Positions 9,576 to 18,524 of a DNA stretch of 57,159 bases are shown one piece after another. The position numbers and the translations under genes are program-made. The notes under the pieces were generated by a model. The model saw only the letters and a program-made list of their open reading frames with translations, was not told the origin of the DNA and made no database searches. Source of the DNA: Kiritimatiellia bacterium (GTDB lineage: Bacteria > Verrucomicrobiota > Kiritimatiellia > RFP12 > JAAYLN01); assembly GCA_045627605.1 (NCBI GenBank), contig JAZQOA010000018.1, positions 1-57,159 of the forward strand, given 5' to 3'. Position 1 is the first letter of the stretch. Every line of letters starts with the position of its first letter.

Positions 9576-10631
9576 TTACTCCTTCCAGTCGAATTGGACG
9601 ACGGGGAAGGAGCCGCCTGTGGCGAGGCGCGCATAGACAACGGGGCATTCTTCCGGTTTGCGGACTTCGGAGACGAATCCGCGGAGTGAAATGCGTCCGT
9701 GGGAAAGCAGATTGAGGAAGGTGCAGACATCATCGCGGGAAGTCCACCATCCCGGCGCGGATTCGCGAACCGGGCGCGCGGCGCCATGGGCGCCGACGAG
9801 AGTCACGCCGCGTCCGTGGACTTTGTGATAGTAGTCGATTTGGAAATTCGAGTCGCGTGTGCAGCCGAGCAAGGCAATGCGCCCGAACGGCGCAATGGCA
9901 TCGAGAAGATTGTCCAGCGCCTTGCCGTTGCCGGTGACTTCGATGCCGACCTGCGGGCCGGCATCCGGGAGATTGCCGAGCATTCCCTTGCGGTTTCTGT
10001 CGGTGTAGTCCCTGACTTGCGCGGCGAAGTCGGGATCGGACGGGTCGAAGGAGGCGTCGGCCCCGAGTTCAAGGGCGCGGGCGCGCTTTTCCGCGACGGG
10101 GTCTGCCGCGACGACGGGGACGGCTCCGGCGGCACGCAGAAGCAGGACGGCCAACTGTCCGAGGATGCCCTGGCCCATGACGATTGCCGATTCACCCATT
10201 TCAAGCCGGCATTTGCGGAGGGCGGCCATGGGGAACGAAGATATGTAGGCAAGGGCCGCGTCTTCAAACGAGACATTGTCGGGAAGCTTGAAGACATTTT
10301 CAACAGGCATGCGGCAGTATTCGGAATGTTTGCCCTGGACGAGGGCAACCCTGTCGCCCTTGGTGAATTGCGTCACGCCTTCGCCGACATCGACAACGAT
10401 GCCGGAGGAGCTGTACCCAAGCTGGCGCGGCCAGAGGACGCGATCGTCGCCGGGTTTGGCAAGGATGGAGATTCCAGCCTGAGGCGTGCCGACGAGGTTC
10501 GCCCGCTCCGTGCCGCTGGAAATGGTTGAGCGGACAAGCTTGACGAGAACAGTGCCGGGCGTCACTTCCGGCATCGGGTTGTCGACGAGTTCGGCGGTGT
10601 CCTTCGCGGTGAAAACGATATTGCGGTTCAT
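9576..10631 (-). CDS. MDR / zinc-binding-type alcohol dehydrogenase family oxidoreductase
   Basis: ISSGTE, GYSSSGIVVDVG and Rossmann motif IVMGQGILG. Start placed at MNRNIVF. Confidence 0.88.
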   Translation of the reverse strand: MNRNIVFTAKDTAELVDNPMPEVTPGTVLVKLVRSTISSGTERANLVGTPQAGISILAKPGDDRVLWPRQLGYSSSGIVVDVGEGVTQFTKGDRVALVQGKHSEYCRMPVENVFKLPDNVSFEDAALAYISSFPMAALRKCRLEMGESAIVMGQGILGQLAVLLLRAAGAVPVVAADPVAEKRARALELGADASFDPSDPDFAAQVRDYTDRNRKGMLGNLPDAGPQVGIEVTGNGKALDNLLDAIAPFGRIALLGCTRDSNFQIDYYHKVHGRGVTLVGAHGAARPVRESAPGWWTSRDDVCTFLNLLSHGRISLRGFVSEVRKPEECPVVYARLATGGSFPVVQFDWKE

Positions 10632-10699
10632 TTGCGGATCTTCCAGGCAAGTCGTGCCCAATTTTCGCCGCGATGCGAGCTGACGCAACGGCGTGACGC

Positions 10700-11866
10700 T
10701 TAAAAGGCCTTCAGGATGTCACGGACGCGCTCGCGATCCGCCTCGCCCCAGTCCGGATTGACGCCGACATAGGCGGTGCGGGAGAGGTAGTCCAGCGTCT
10801 TCGGGCACATATCCTTGGCGTAGTCCATCTGGAGGCCCTTGTTCGCCTCCATCTTGTAGGGGTCCATCAGCGGGTGCCAGGCGCCGCGCTTTTCCATGAT
10901 CTGCGTCCAGTTGGTGTAGACATGCTTGCCCGTGTCGATGGGAATGGTCACGCCAACGCCCCGGGAGCCGCAGTGGGCTGCGAACTTCCGGGCCTCCTCC
11001 GCGGAGCCAAAGCGCAGGGAAAGGGTCGTGCCGCAGTCACCTTCGATGTCGTTGGAGGGGGCGGCGGCGAGACGGCCAAGGTCGGCGAGCAGGGCAAGCT
11101 GGTGTTTTTTCAGGTCGGCGGTGATGCCCGGCAGTTTTTTCAGCTGTTCGCGCAGAATCGCGCCGGTAATGTCTGAAATGCGGAATTCGGTGCCGCCGAA
11201 AAGCGGTTCCGTGATACCGTCCAACTGCGAGCCGAAAAAGGCCACCGCGCCGGCGTCGTGATAGATGAGGGCGCGTTCGTAGATGGCGCGGTTGTCCGTG
11301 ACCAGTGCGCCGCCCTCGCCCGCGGTGATGACCTTGAAGTAGTTGAAGCTGTAGGCGCCCGCGTCGCCGACGGTGCCGAGGAACTTGCCGTGGTAGCGGC
11401 CGCCGATGGACTGGCACGCATCCTCGACGACGGCGACGCCATGCTTCTTGGCAAGGGCGCACAGCGCGTCCAGGTCGGAGGGGAAGCCCTGGATGTGCAC
11501 GGGGATGATCACCTTGGTATGGGCGCTGATCTTTCTTTCCACGTCGACGGGGTCCAGCGTCAGGGTCTCGTTTGATTCGGCGATCACGGGGATCGCGCCC
11601 ACGGAAGTGACCGCCAGCGCCGTGGCGATGTAGGTGTAGGCGGGGACGATGACTTCGTCGCCCGGGCCGACGCCAAGCCCGACGAGGGCCGAGGAAAGGG
11701 CGGCGAAGCCCGAGGTCATGAGAAGCGCGTGCCCCGTGCCGGCGTAGGCCTTCCACTCCTCCTCGAAGTTCAGGACTTCGTGGCCGCTGCCGTTGATCTT
11801 GAAGAAGTCGCGTGAATTGATGGCGCGGGCAACCGCGTCGATTTCCTCTTGTCCAATGCGAAACAT
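10700..11866 (-). CDS. DegT/DnrJ/EryC1/StrS family PLP-dependent aminotransferase
   Basis: GDEVIVPAYTYIAT, VVEDACQ and SFNYFKVITAGEGG (containing the PLP lysine). Confidence 0.93.
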   Translation of the reverse strand: MFRIGQEEIDAVARAINSRDFFKINGSGHEVLNFEEEWKAYAGTGHALLMTSGFAALSSALVGLGVGPGDEVIVPAYTYIATALAVTSVGAIPVIAESNETLTLDPVDVERKISAHTKVIIPVHIQGFPSDLDALCALAKKHGVAVVEDACQSIGGRYHGKFLGTVGDAGAYSFNYFKVITAGEGGALVTDNRAIYERALIYHDAGAVAFFGSQLDGITEPLFGGTEFRISDITGAILREQLKKLPGITADLKKHQLALLADLGRLAAAPSNDIEGDCGTTLSLRFGSAEEARKFAAHCGSRGVGVTIPIDTGKHVYTNWTQIMEKRGAWHPLMDPYKMEANKGLQMDYAKDMCPKTLDYLSRTAYVGVNPDWGEADRERVRDILKAF

Positions 11867-11882
11867 CAGTGTGGACCTTTCT

Positions 11883-11934
11883 GGGAGGTTGAAGGTTGGA
11901 GGGGGGAGGGGGGAGGTTGGAGGTGGGAGGTGGG
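11883..11934 (+). repeat. G-rich heptamer tandem repeat (consensus KGGAGGK), about 7 units
   Basis: gggaggt tgaaggt tggaggg gggaggg gggaggt tggaggt gggaggt ggg, in the 75-bp intergenic gap. Confidence 0.8.
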
Positions 11935-11941
11935 CAACAGG

Positions 11942-13234
11942 CTAACCGAGAATCCTCAGGATTTCGTCGATTAGGTGCTGATCCGCGTCGGGAACGAGGC
12001 TGAAGGCCCCCCTGTAGAGGAAGCAGGCCACCTCATAGCCGCCTAATGGAATCTGATCCTGCGACGGAAGGTAGGCGTTGAAACCGTTGGCGCACGAAAG
12101 GCAAAGCGTGTGGTCGAAGCCCGCGTACTCCCGCAGGCGCAAAGTCGTCGCGGAGAACATCTCGTACGGGAAAGGGATGAAAGCCACGCCGCCCAGCGAG
12201 AGGATGGTCTGCTGGAACGCGAAATGGGTGGGGTGATCCGTCGTGCCGGACGCCAGAACCTTCTCCACGTCGCGATAGTAGGCGTAGATCAGCCGCTGGA
12301 TGTTTATGAGGCTGTCGGGATCGGCGTACGCCGCCAGCTTGGCGCGGACTTCCCCAAGCGCCGGCAAGGGCCTGTAGGGGAGCCGCACTTCGCCATGGTA
12401 CAGCTTCAGTTCGCCGGGGTGGTAGCCCCGGATGGCCTGGTAGGCCGCCAGCGCGTCGAAGGTCGCGCGCCCGCCAAGTTCCTCCACGTGGGTGATGTCG
12501 CCCACAGTCCGTCCGTTGGTAAGGCGGGGCCCGACGTCGCCCTCCGCGCCGTTCACGAACGCGGTGAGCACACCGGTCTGCTTTTCAAGCCGGTCGCACA
12601 TGATGCCCGACCAGTCGCGGGATATCTCGTGGTTGCAGCCCGCCGCCGTCCCGTGGCAGCCGTAATGCACCAGGTTCAAGATGCCCGCGCCGTCACAGTC
12701 CCTGAAGGAAACGCAGGTCATCGTGGGGTCATGGCAGCCGAAAGGGTTCTGCCCGAGGATCACTTCGCCGTTGCGGCAAATCTGGCGGCGGTTGACGCCG
12801 ACCTGCGATTCCGCCGTGCCCACCCCGACCACGGCGGGCTTCATGGAGGCGACGGCTTCCTTCGCCGCCTTGAGCAGTCCGGGAATCAAAACGGCGTCCA
12901 CATATGGACGGTCCACTTCGCCCCAGCCCTCGGAGCCGGAGACGTTAGGGGCGGAATGGGTGTGGGTCGCCGCAAGAACCACGTTCTCCGCCGGGATGCC
13001 GCATTCCCTGCCGAGAAGCGCGCGCAACTCGTCCGCGAGTTCGTTTTGCAAGTCGCCCACCGTCAGCGCGGCCAGCAGTGCCCTTTCCGCGCCGTTTGAG
13101 AAGGCGGCAGCCGTGACATTCAGTGGGTCGTGGATGGAAGTACTGACTTGATGCGGGTTGTAGCCGTAGAGAAGCGTGCCGACCGCCGGAGTGATATCCG
13201 CCCGGGCCGCGCCGCACAAAAAGACATTTTCCAT
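11942..13234 (-). CDS. Neutral/alkaline ceramidase-like amidohydrolase (substrate unknown)
   Basis: GAARADITP, HDPL, ATHTHSAP, NRR, YGCHGT, GAEGDVGP, CANG..YLP and GGYE, all typical of the family. Confidence 0.8.
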   Translation of the reverse strand: MENVFLCGAARADITPAVGTLLYGYNPHQVSTSIHDPLNVTAAAFSNGAERALLAALTVGDLQNELADELRALLGRECGIPAENVVLAATHTHSAPNVSGSEGWGEVDRPYVDAVLIPGLLKAAKEAVASMKPAVVGVGTAESQVGVNRRQICRNGEVILGQNPFGCHDPTMTCVSFRDCDGAGILNLVHYGCHGTAAGCNHEISRDWSGIMCDRLEKQTGVLTAFVNGAEGDVGPRLTNGRTVGDITHVEELGGRATFDALAAYQAIRGYHPGELKLYHGEVRLPYRPLPALGEVRAKLAAYADPDSLINIQRLIYAYYRDVEKVLASGTTDHPTHFAFQQTILSLGGVAFIPFPYEMFSATTLRLREYAGFDHTLCLSCANGFNAYLPSQDQIPLGGYEVACFLYRGAFSLVPDADQHLIDEILRILG

Positions 13235-13388
13235 GGGATGCTCCTAAGTACAGGATTGGAAAGGAAAGTATATTAAGTTTCCCCGCGATTTGCAAGTTTC
13301 GGGACTTTTCCATTGCCGTCGTAAAAAACGACGCCATTTTTCCATTTGCGATGGAAAAAACGACGTCGACGAGATTGACCATCTCGGC

Positions 13389-13541
13389 CTCCATGCCGGC
13401 ATCATCTGGGTTCACGAACGGCTGCGCGCCCCACTCGGCGAAGTCATCAGAAGTTTCAAGATCGCCTGCACCAAGGCCAATCTCACCTTGCCCGCGCCAA
13501 TTGAAATCGACGGCTCGACAACCTTCTGGTTTCCCGGGCTC
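13389..13541 (+). pseudogene. Probable fragment of a RAYT/Y1 (IS200-like HUH) transposase
   Basis: The translation LHAGIIWVHERLRAPLGEVIRSFKIACTKA...FWFPG resembles the HxHxII...LGxIIRxFKxxxT...W core. There is no credible start, and the catalytic-Tyr region is absent. Confidence 0.45.
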
Positions 13542-13557
13542 ATGGCAGAGCCTTCCC

Positions 13558-14307
13558 CTATTCGCTGTCGAGCCAGGCGAAGGCGGCGCGGCGCGAATGG
13601 AGCGAGACATCGAGATGGTGGCTCATGAACATTCCAAGGAAGCGGCGCACGCCCAGCGCAATCGCCGGGGAGAAGCGCGACAGCGGCATGCCGCCGGAAA
13701 CCTGTCGAAGCGCCTGCAGGAGTTCGGGCGGGAGCGCCACCGTATCCTTCCCGTAGTCGAAGGACGTCTGCTCAAAGCAGCCGAGGCGACCGGCCGAGAT
13801 GACAAACCGGCACTTTTTCGCCGCGCCTCCGAAAGGGCACTCGCCGCAGGCGTTGAAATTCGGCTTGAGGCCCAGGCGGTCGATTAGGGAAAACTCGTAG
13901 GCGGCGACGAGGTCGAGGGGATTGCCGCCCGCGGCGAGGTTTGAAAGCGCCGCGTCAAGATCATCGTAGAGCCCGGCGGCGTCAAGAAGCGTCTCGACGG
14001 TCTGCGCGGTGAGCGCGCAGATGTAGTCCGCCGCGACGGCGGCGCGCCAGTTTTCGTGGAGTCCCCGCCGGTAGTCGAGCGGCGTCGTCTCGCGGATGTT
14101 GTGCACCCCTCCCGCGTCACGCTCGTAGAAGAGAAGTTCCGAACGATAGCCGATGTCGATTTGCCCGAGAAAGAGGCTCTTCGGACGGCACGCCCCCTTC
14201 ACGGGGGTCACGATGCGCCCATATTCGCGCGACAGCCACGTCACCATCCGCGACGTCCGCGAAAAGGGGCGCGACGCCAGGACGATTGCTTCCGTCTTGA
14301 GGATCAT
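13558..14307 (-). CDS. recO: DNA repair protein RecO
   Basis: MILKTEAIVL..RPFSRTSRMVTWLS..YG...VKGA, plus a C-terminal GLKP...CxxC segment. Confidence 0.9.
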   Translation of the reverse strand: MILKTEAIVLASRPFSRTSRMVTWLSREYGRIVTPVKGACRPKSLFLGQIDIGYRSELLFYERDAGGVHNIRETTPLDYRRGLHENWRAAVAADYICALTAQTVETLLDAAGLYDDLDAALSNLAAGGNPLDLVAAYEFSLIDRLGLKPNFNACGECPFGGAAKKCRFVISAGRLGCFEQTSFDYGKDTVALPPELLQALRQVSGGMPLSRFSPAIALGVRRFLGMFMSHHLDVSLHSRRAAFAWLDSE

Positions 14308-15995
14308 TCCGGTTGCCGCGCCTTCACGGCGGAGGAGCAGAAAGGCTTGCCGACCTCAAAGCGGCAGTTCTGGAGGAACTGCGCGCCGGTAAAGGTCTTG
14401 GAACCCTCGCGGCGCACCTCGAGCAGGCGGAGCATGCCGTCGAAAGCGGCCACGGCAATCCCCTCGGGGGAGATGTCCGCCACGACGCCGACCTCGAAGG
14501 CCTTGCCCTCGGGGAGCTTTTCGGCGCGCGCCGCAAGCACCTTGAGGCGTTCGAGCCCGTCTTCGCCGGGCGGCGTGAACATCGCGTAGCAGGAGGGCCA
14601 CGGGTTGAAGGCGCGGACGCGCCGCGCCAGGGTCTCGACCGGAAGGTTCCAGTCGAGGCAGCCCTCGGCCTTGCAAAGCTTGTTGGCGAAGGTGACGTCC
14701 TGGGTGCGTTGCTTGACCGGCGTGATGAGACCCGAACGCCATTTGGGCAGGCACTTGGTCAGGAGAATGGCCCCCATCACGGAAAGGCGGTCGTGGAGCG
14801 AACCCGCCGTATCGTCGGGCTGGACAGGCTCCTCGACCTGCATGAGGATGTCGCCGCTGTCCATGCCCTGGTCCATGCGCATGATCGTCACGCCTGAAAC
14901 GGTATCGCCGTTTTCGATGCAACGGTGGATTGGCGCGGCGCCGCGATAGCGGGGCAGGAGCGAAAGGTGGACGTTGAGGCAGCCGAGGCGCGGCATGCCG
15001 AGGATCTTCGAGCCGAGGAACTGCCCGTAGGCGACGACGACAATGACGTCGGGATCCCACTCGCGGATCTGGTCGCGGACGGGATCCACGTTGAGTTTGG
15101 GCGGGTCGATGACTTCGAGTCCGAGCTTCTGCGCATAGGCCTTGGCCGGGCAAGGCGATATCTTGCGGTTGCGGCCGGAGGGCTTGTCGGGTTGCGTCAC
15201 GACACCGCAGATTTTGTAGCCGGGGGTTTCGGCAAGATGCTTGAGGACCGTGCACGAAACATCCGCCGAACCCATGAAGACAATCTTGAGCGGGGGAGGT
15301 TCGCCGGCGCTCTCGCGCGGCGGCTGGTATTCCATGCCGGGTTTTCCCGCGCGCTTGAGGTCGAGGACCAGCGGGGAGCCGACAAGGGCCTTCAGGCGGC
15401 GGCGCGAGAATTGCTCGACGCCGGAGAAGAGACTTTCGCCATTGGCGTTGATGGCGACGATGCCCGTGAGGTTTTCGACCTCGAGTTTCCACATCGCCTC
15501 CGTCGCGCCGAACTCGTCGATGAACCACACGGCATCGACGCGCCTGACGCATTTCGCGAGCCATGCCGCCGCGCCGCCGACGACCTGGATGTAGACGCAC
15601 CCATGCTCGCGGCAGGCGGTCTGCGTCTCGGCGTTCATGCCGCCCTTGCCGAGAATCACGCGGAGCCCCCGCTCGGCGATGATCTGCGCCATGTAGGGGT
15701 TTTCGCGGCTCGACGTGGTGGGGCCTGCGGCAACGACCTTCCATTCGCCCTTTTCGTCCTTCACCACGATGGGGCCGCAATGGAAGAGCGCGGCGTCCGC
15801 GAGGTTCACGGGCGACTCGCCGCCTTCGTAGAGGAACTTGTGGAGACGGTCGCGCCCCGTGTAGATGGTGCCGGAAATCGAAACCTCGGCGCCGAGGGAA
15901 AGCTTGCGGACGTCCGCCTCCTTGAACGGGGACTTGAGCTGCACGACCGGGCTGGTGCGCACGGTCGCGTTGACATAGCGCGGGCGGGCGGTCAT
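14304..15995 (-). CDS. fmt: Fusion of class I fumarate hydratase beta subunit (aa ~18-205) and methionyl-tRNA formyltransferase (aa ~236-563)
   Basis: N-part: GTIYTGRD, HCGP, AGPTTSSR, ILGKGGM, EAMW. C-part: KIVFMGS, VVTQPDKP, VVAYGQ, NVHLSLLPRYRGAAP, MDSGDI and the C-domain RAFNPWP. Both lie in one open frame. Confidence 0.92.
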   Translation of the reverse strand: MTARPRYVNATVRTSPVVQLKSPFKEADVRKLSLGAEVSISGTIYTGRDRLHKFLYEGGESPVNLADAALFHCGPIVVKDEKGEWKVVAAGPTTSSRENPYMAQIIAERGLRVILGKGGMNAETQTACREHGCVYIQVVGGAAAWLAKCVRRVDAVWFIDEFGATEAMWKLEVENLTGIVAINANGESLFSGVEQFSRRRLKALVGSPLVLDLKRAGKPGMEYQPPRESAGEPPPLKIVFMGSADVSCTVLKHLAETPGYKICGVVTQPDKPSGRNRKISPCPAKAYAQKLGLEVIDPPKLNVDPVRDQIREWDPDVIVVVAYGQFLGSKILGMPRLGCLNVHLSLLPRYRGAAPIHRCIENGDTVSGVTIMRMDQGMDSGDILMQVEEPVQPDDTAGSLHDRLSVMGAILLTKCLPKWRSGLITPVKQRTQDVTFANKLCKAEGCLDWNLPVETLARRVRAFNPWPSCYAMFTPPGEDGLERLKVLAARAEKLPEGKAFEVGVVADISPEGIAVAAFDGMLRLLEVRREGSKTFTGAQFLQNCRFEVGKPFCSSAVKARQPE

Positions 15996-16903
15996 GGGCG
16001 CACCCCCGTTTCACGGCCGGTCGCGACGTCGACGACCATCGTCGCGCGGCGGCAGGCCCAGCAGGAATAGGCGATCGTCACGAAAAAGGAGGCGGGCAGA
16101 CGCGACGCCCCGCCGATTTTCACGCCAAGGAGGGTCGTCTTGCCCCCGAGACCCATCGGACCGATTTCAAGGGTGTTGGCCTCTTCGAGGAGCTTGCGCT
16201 CGAGCTGGGCGAGGATGGGGTCCGGCGATTCGTCGTCGAGCCGCCTGAGGAGCTGCCGCTTGGCGCGGGAATAACCCTCGGCGCGGTCGCCGCCGATGCA
16301 TACGCCGAGGATGCCGGGGGCGCACCCCATGCCCTGCGCGCGCCAGACGGCGTGAAGAATGCACGCCCTCACGCCCGCAAGGTCGCGTCCGGCCCCGATG
16401 GTGCCGTCGGGCAGGCTGTACTGCGTGCTCATGTTTTCGCAGCCGCCGCCCTTGAGAAGAAGCGAAATCTTGACGAACTCGACCTCCTCGCTCTCCTCGA
16501 AGTGGATCGAGGGGGAGCCATCCGCCACGTTGTCGGCGATCGAGGCGCCGTCCACCGGGAGGATCGTGTTTTGCCTGAGGTAGCCGCGCCTCGTGGCCTC
16601 GGCGACCGCCGCGTTGATGGCGGCGGCGATTTTCCTGTGCGAGATGTCGCACGGGGTCTCGACCCAGAACGTCAGCGTGCCCGTATCCTGGCACATGGGC
16701 GTGGAGTTCGCCCGGGCGATGTCGGCATTGCGGCAGATCGTCGAGAGAATCGTCGCGGCGCGCGGCACTTCCGCCGCCGCCCCGGCGTTTTTCAGGGCCG
16801 AATAGACATCGTCGGGAAGCGTCGTCGAAGCCCGGCGGACAAGTTCGAGCACCGACATCCTCCAAGCTTCGGCATCAAAGGAATGAGGCGGCATAGCATT
16901 CAT
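15992..16903 (-). CDS. Class I (Fe-S) fumarate/tartrate hydratase alpha subunit
   Basis: PMCQDTG, LRQN, KGGGCEN, GCAP...GVCIGG, GPMGLGGKTT and CWACR. ATGA overlaps at both ends. Confidence 0.93.
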   Translation of the reverse strand: MNAMPPHSFDAEAWRMSVLELVRRASTTLPDDVYSALKNAGAAAEVPRAATILSTICRNADIARANSTPMCQDTGTLTFWVETPCDISHRKIAAAINAAVAEATRRGYLRQNTILPVDGASIADNVADGSPSIHFEESEEVEFVKISLLLKGGGCENMSTQYSLPDGTIGAGRDLAGVRACILHAVWRAQGMGCAPGILGVCIGGDRAEGYSRAKRQLLRRLDDESPDPILAQLERKLLEEANTLEIGPMGLGGKTTLLGVKIGGASRLPASFFVTIAYSCWACRRATMVVDVATGRETGVRP

Positions 16904-17775
16904 GCGCGGCCCTCCGCTAAGTCGACGTACCCCTGCGGGCACATCCGTTTCAACAATGGGGCCAGAATCGCGTCGGGGACTTCCATTCTCCCGGGGCCGG
17001 TCCCGATCCTGATTCCGGGCTTGACATCCTCGCCGTGGTAGTCGGTGCCGCCACTGGGAAGCAGCCCCAGCCGCGACGACAGCCGCATAAGCTCGACTTC
17101 GTCGCCCAGGTTGTGCGAGGAGTGGTAGACCTCGACGCCGGCAAGGCCGGCGGCCTTGAGCTTGGCAAGGGCCGTCTCAAGTTCGCCGAGATCCGCGAGC
17201 CACGAAAGCGGATGCGCCACGACGGGTACGCCACCGGCTTCCACGACAAGCTTGACGGACTCCTCGGGCGAGAGTTTGAAGCGGTCGACGTAGGCCGGCG
17301 CCCCCTCGCCGAGATAACGGTCGAAAACCTCCTCGACGCCGCCGGCCCACCCATGCGCGATCATCGCGCGGGCAATGTGCGGGCGCCCCACGACATCGTG
17401 GCCGGCAAGTTCCTGGACTTCGTCCCACGTAAGGCCGAAACCCAGCTCGCGCAACTTCCCGACGATGCGGTGGTTGCGTTCCTCACGGCCGTCGCGGACG
17501 CGCACCAGGGCGTCGTCAAGCGCCGCCGAGGCAGGGTCGACCCCCAGGCCAAGGACATGCAGGGTTCCCTGCTGGACATGCGCGCTGATCTCCACGCCCG
17601 CGATGCCGACGATCCCCTCGCGGCGGCAGGCCGCGAGGAAGTCCGGCACGCCAGCCACGTTGTCGTGGTCGGTGAGCGCCAGCGCCGTCACGCCCGAAGC
17701 CGCCGCCGCGCGGGCAAGCTCCTCGGGGGTGTCGGTACCGTCGGAAAAGGAGGAATGGACGTGGAGGTCGATCAT
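16900..17775 (-). CDS. PHP-domain metal-dependent phosphoesterase (YciV/TrpH-like)
   Basis: DLHVHSSFSDG, ALTDHD, GVEIS, GRPHIA, AHP and GGTDYHG. Confidence 0.92.
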   Translation of the reverse strand: MIDLHVHSSFSDGTDTPEELARAAAASGVTALALTDHDNVAGVPDFLAACRREGIVGIAGVEISAHVQQGTLHVLGLGVDPASAALDDALVRVRDGREERNHRIVGKLRELGFGLTWDEVQELAGHDVVGRPHIARAMIAHGWAGGVEEVFDRYLGEGAPAYVDRFKLSPEESVKLVVEAGGVPVVAHPLSWLADLGELETALAKLKAAGLAGVEVYHSSHNLGDEVELMRLSSRLGLLPSGGTDYHGEDVKPGIRIGTGPGRMEVPDAILAPLLKRMCPQGYVDLAEGRA

Positions 17776-17779
17776 GAGG

Positions 17780-18463
17780 CTACTTCTTGATGTCGTAGGT
17801 GGCGCGGACGGTCTCCGGGAGCGCCGAGGCGAAGAACGTGGCGATCGCGGTGTCGTAGTCGGCCGTGTGCCTGAAGGCCTTGCGCATCAGGCGGAAGCGC
17901 GTATCGAGGCCGAGCGTGGCGCCGTTGCCGGCGAGTTCCTCGATGATCGACGCATAGTCGGCGGGGTCCGTGACCGAGGCCACGCGGAGGTAGTTCTTCG
18001 CCGAGGCCCTCACCATGCAGGGGCCGCCGATGTCGATGTTGGTGCGCGCCATCTCGGGCGTCACGCCCTCCTTGGCGACAGTCTGCTTGAAGGGATAGAG
18101 GTTCACGACGACCATGTCGATTGCGACGGCGCTGGTGCGGGCGAGGTCGGCCTGGTGGGCGTCGTTGTATTTCTCGGAGAGAAGCCCGAGGTAGATCTTG
18201 AAGTCGAGCGTCTTGACGAGGCCGCCCTGCATCTCGGGCTGCCCGGTGTAGTCGGAGACCGCCGTGAGGTTTTTGGCGTAGCCGTCGCCGAGAATCTCCT
18301 TGATGGCCTTGTAGGTGCCGCCCGTGGAGTAGATCATGACGTCGGGGTTCTGCTTGACGAGGGCGGGAATGAAGGTGTCGAGCCCGGTTTTGTCCGACAC
18401 GCTCGCCAGCACGTGGCTGATCTTGACGCGGTCGTCGATGTCCTTGACGATGTTGAGTGCCAT
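17780..18463 (-). CDS. purH: IMP cyclohydrolase (PurH N-terminal domain only)
   Basis: SVSDKTG, STGGT, GGLVKTL, VVVNLYPF, IDIGGP..VRASAKNY and AFRHTADYD. It stops at 227 aa without the AICAR transformylase domain. Confidence 0.9.
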   Translation of the reverse strand: MALNIVKDIDDRVKISHVLASVSDKTGLDTFIPALVKQNPDVMIYSTGGTYKAIKEILGDGYAKNLTAVSDYTGQPEMQGGLVKTLDFKIYLGLLSEKYNDAHQADLARTSAVAIDMVVVNLYPFKQTVAKEGVTPEMARTNIDIGGPCMVRASAKNYLRVASVTDPADYASIIEELAGNGATLGLDTRFRLMRKAFRHTADYDTAIATFFASALPETVRATYDIKK

Positions 18464-18524
18464 TATCGTTTATCCTTATGTAGGGGTTGGCGGACGGCGC
18501 GTTTTGAAACGCGCGCCCTGAAAG

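Noticed and set aside
18490-18520. Rho-independent terminator after the SPFH gene
   Set aside because: A GC hairpin is present, but there is no U-tract on the coding strand, so it is not called.
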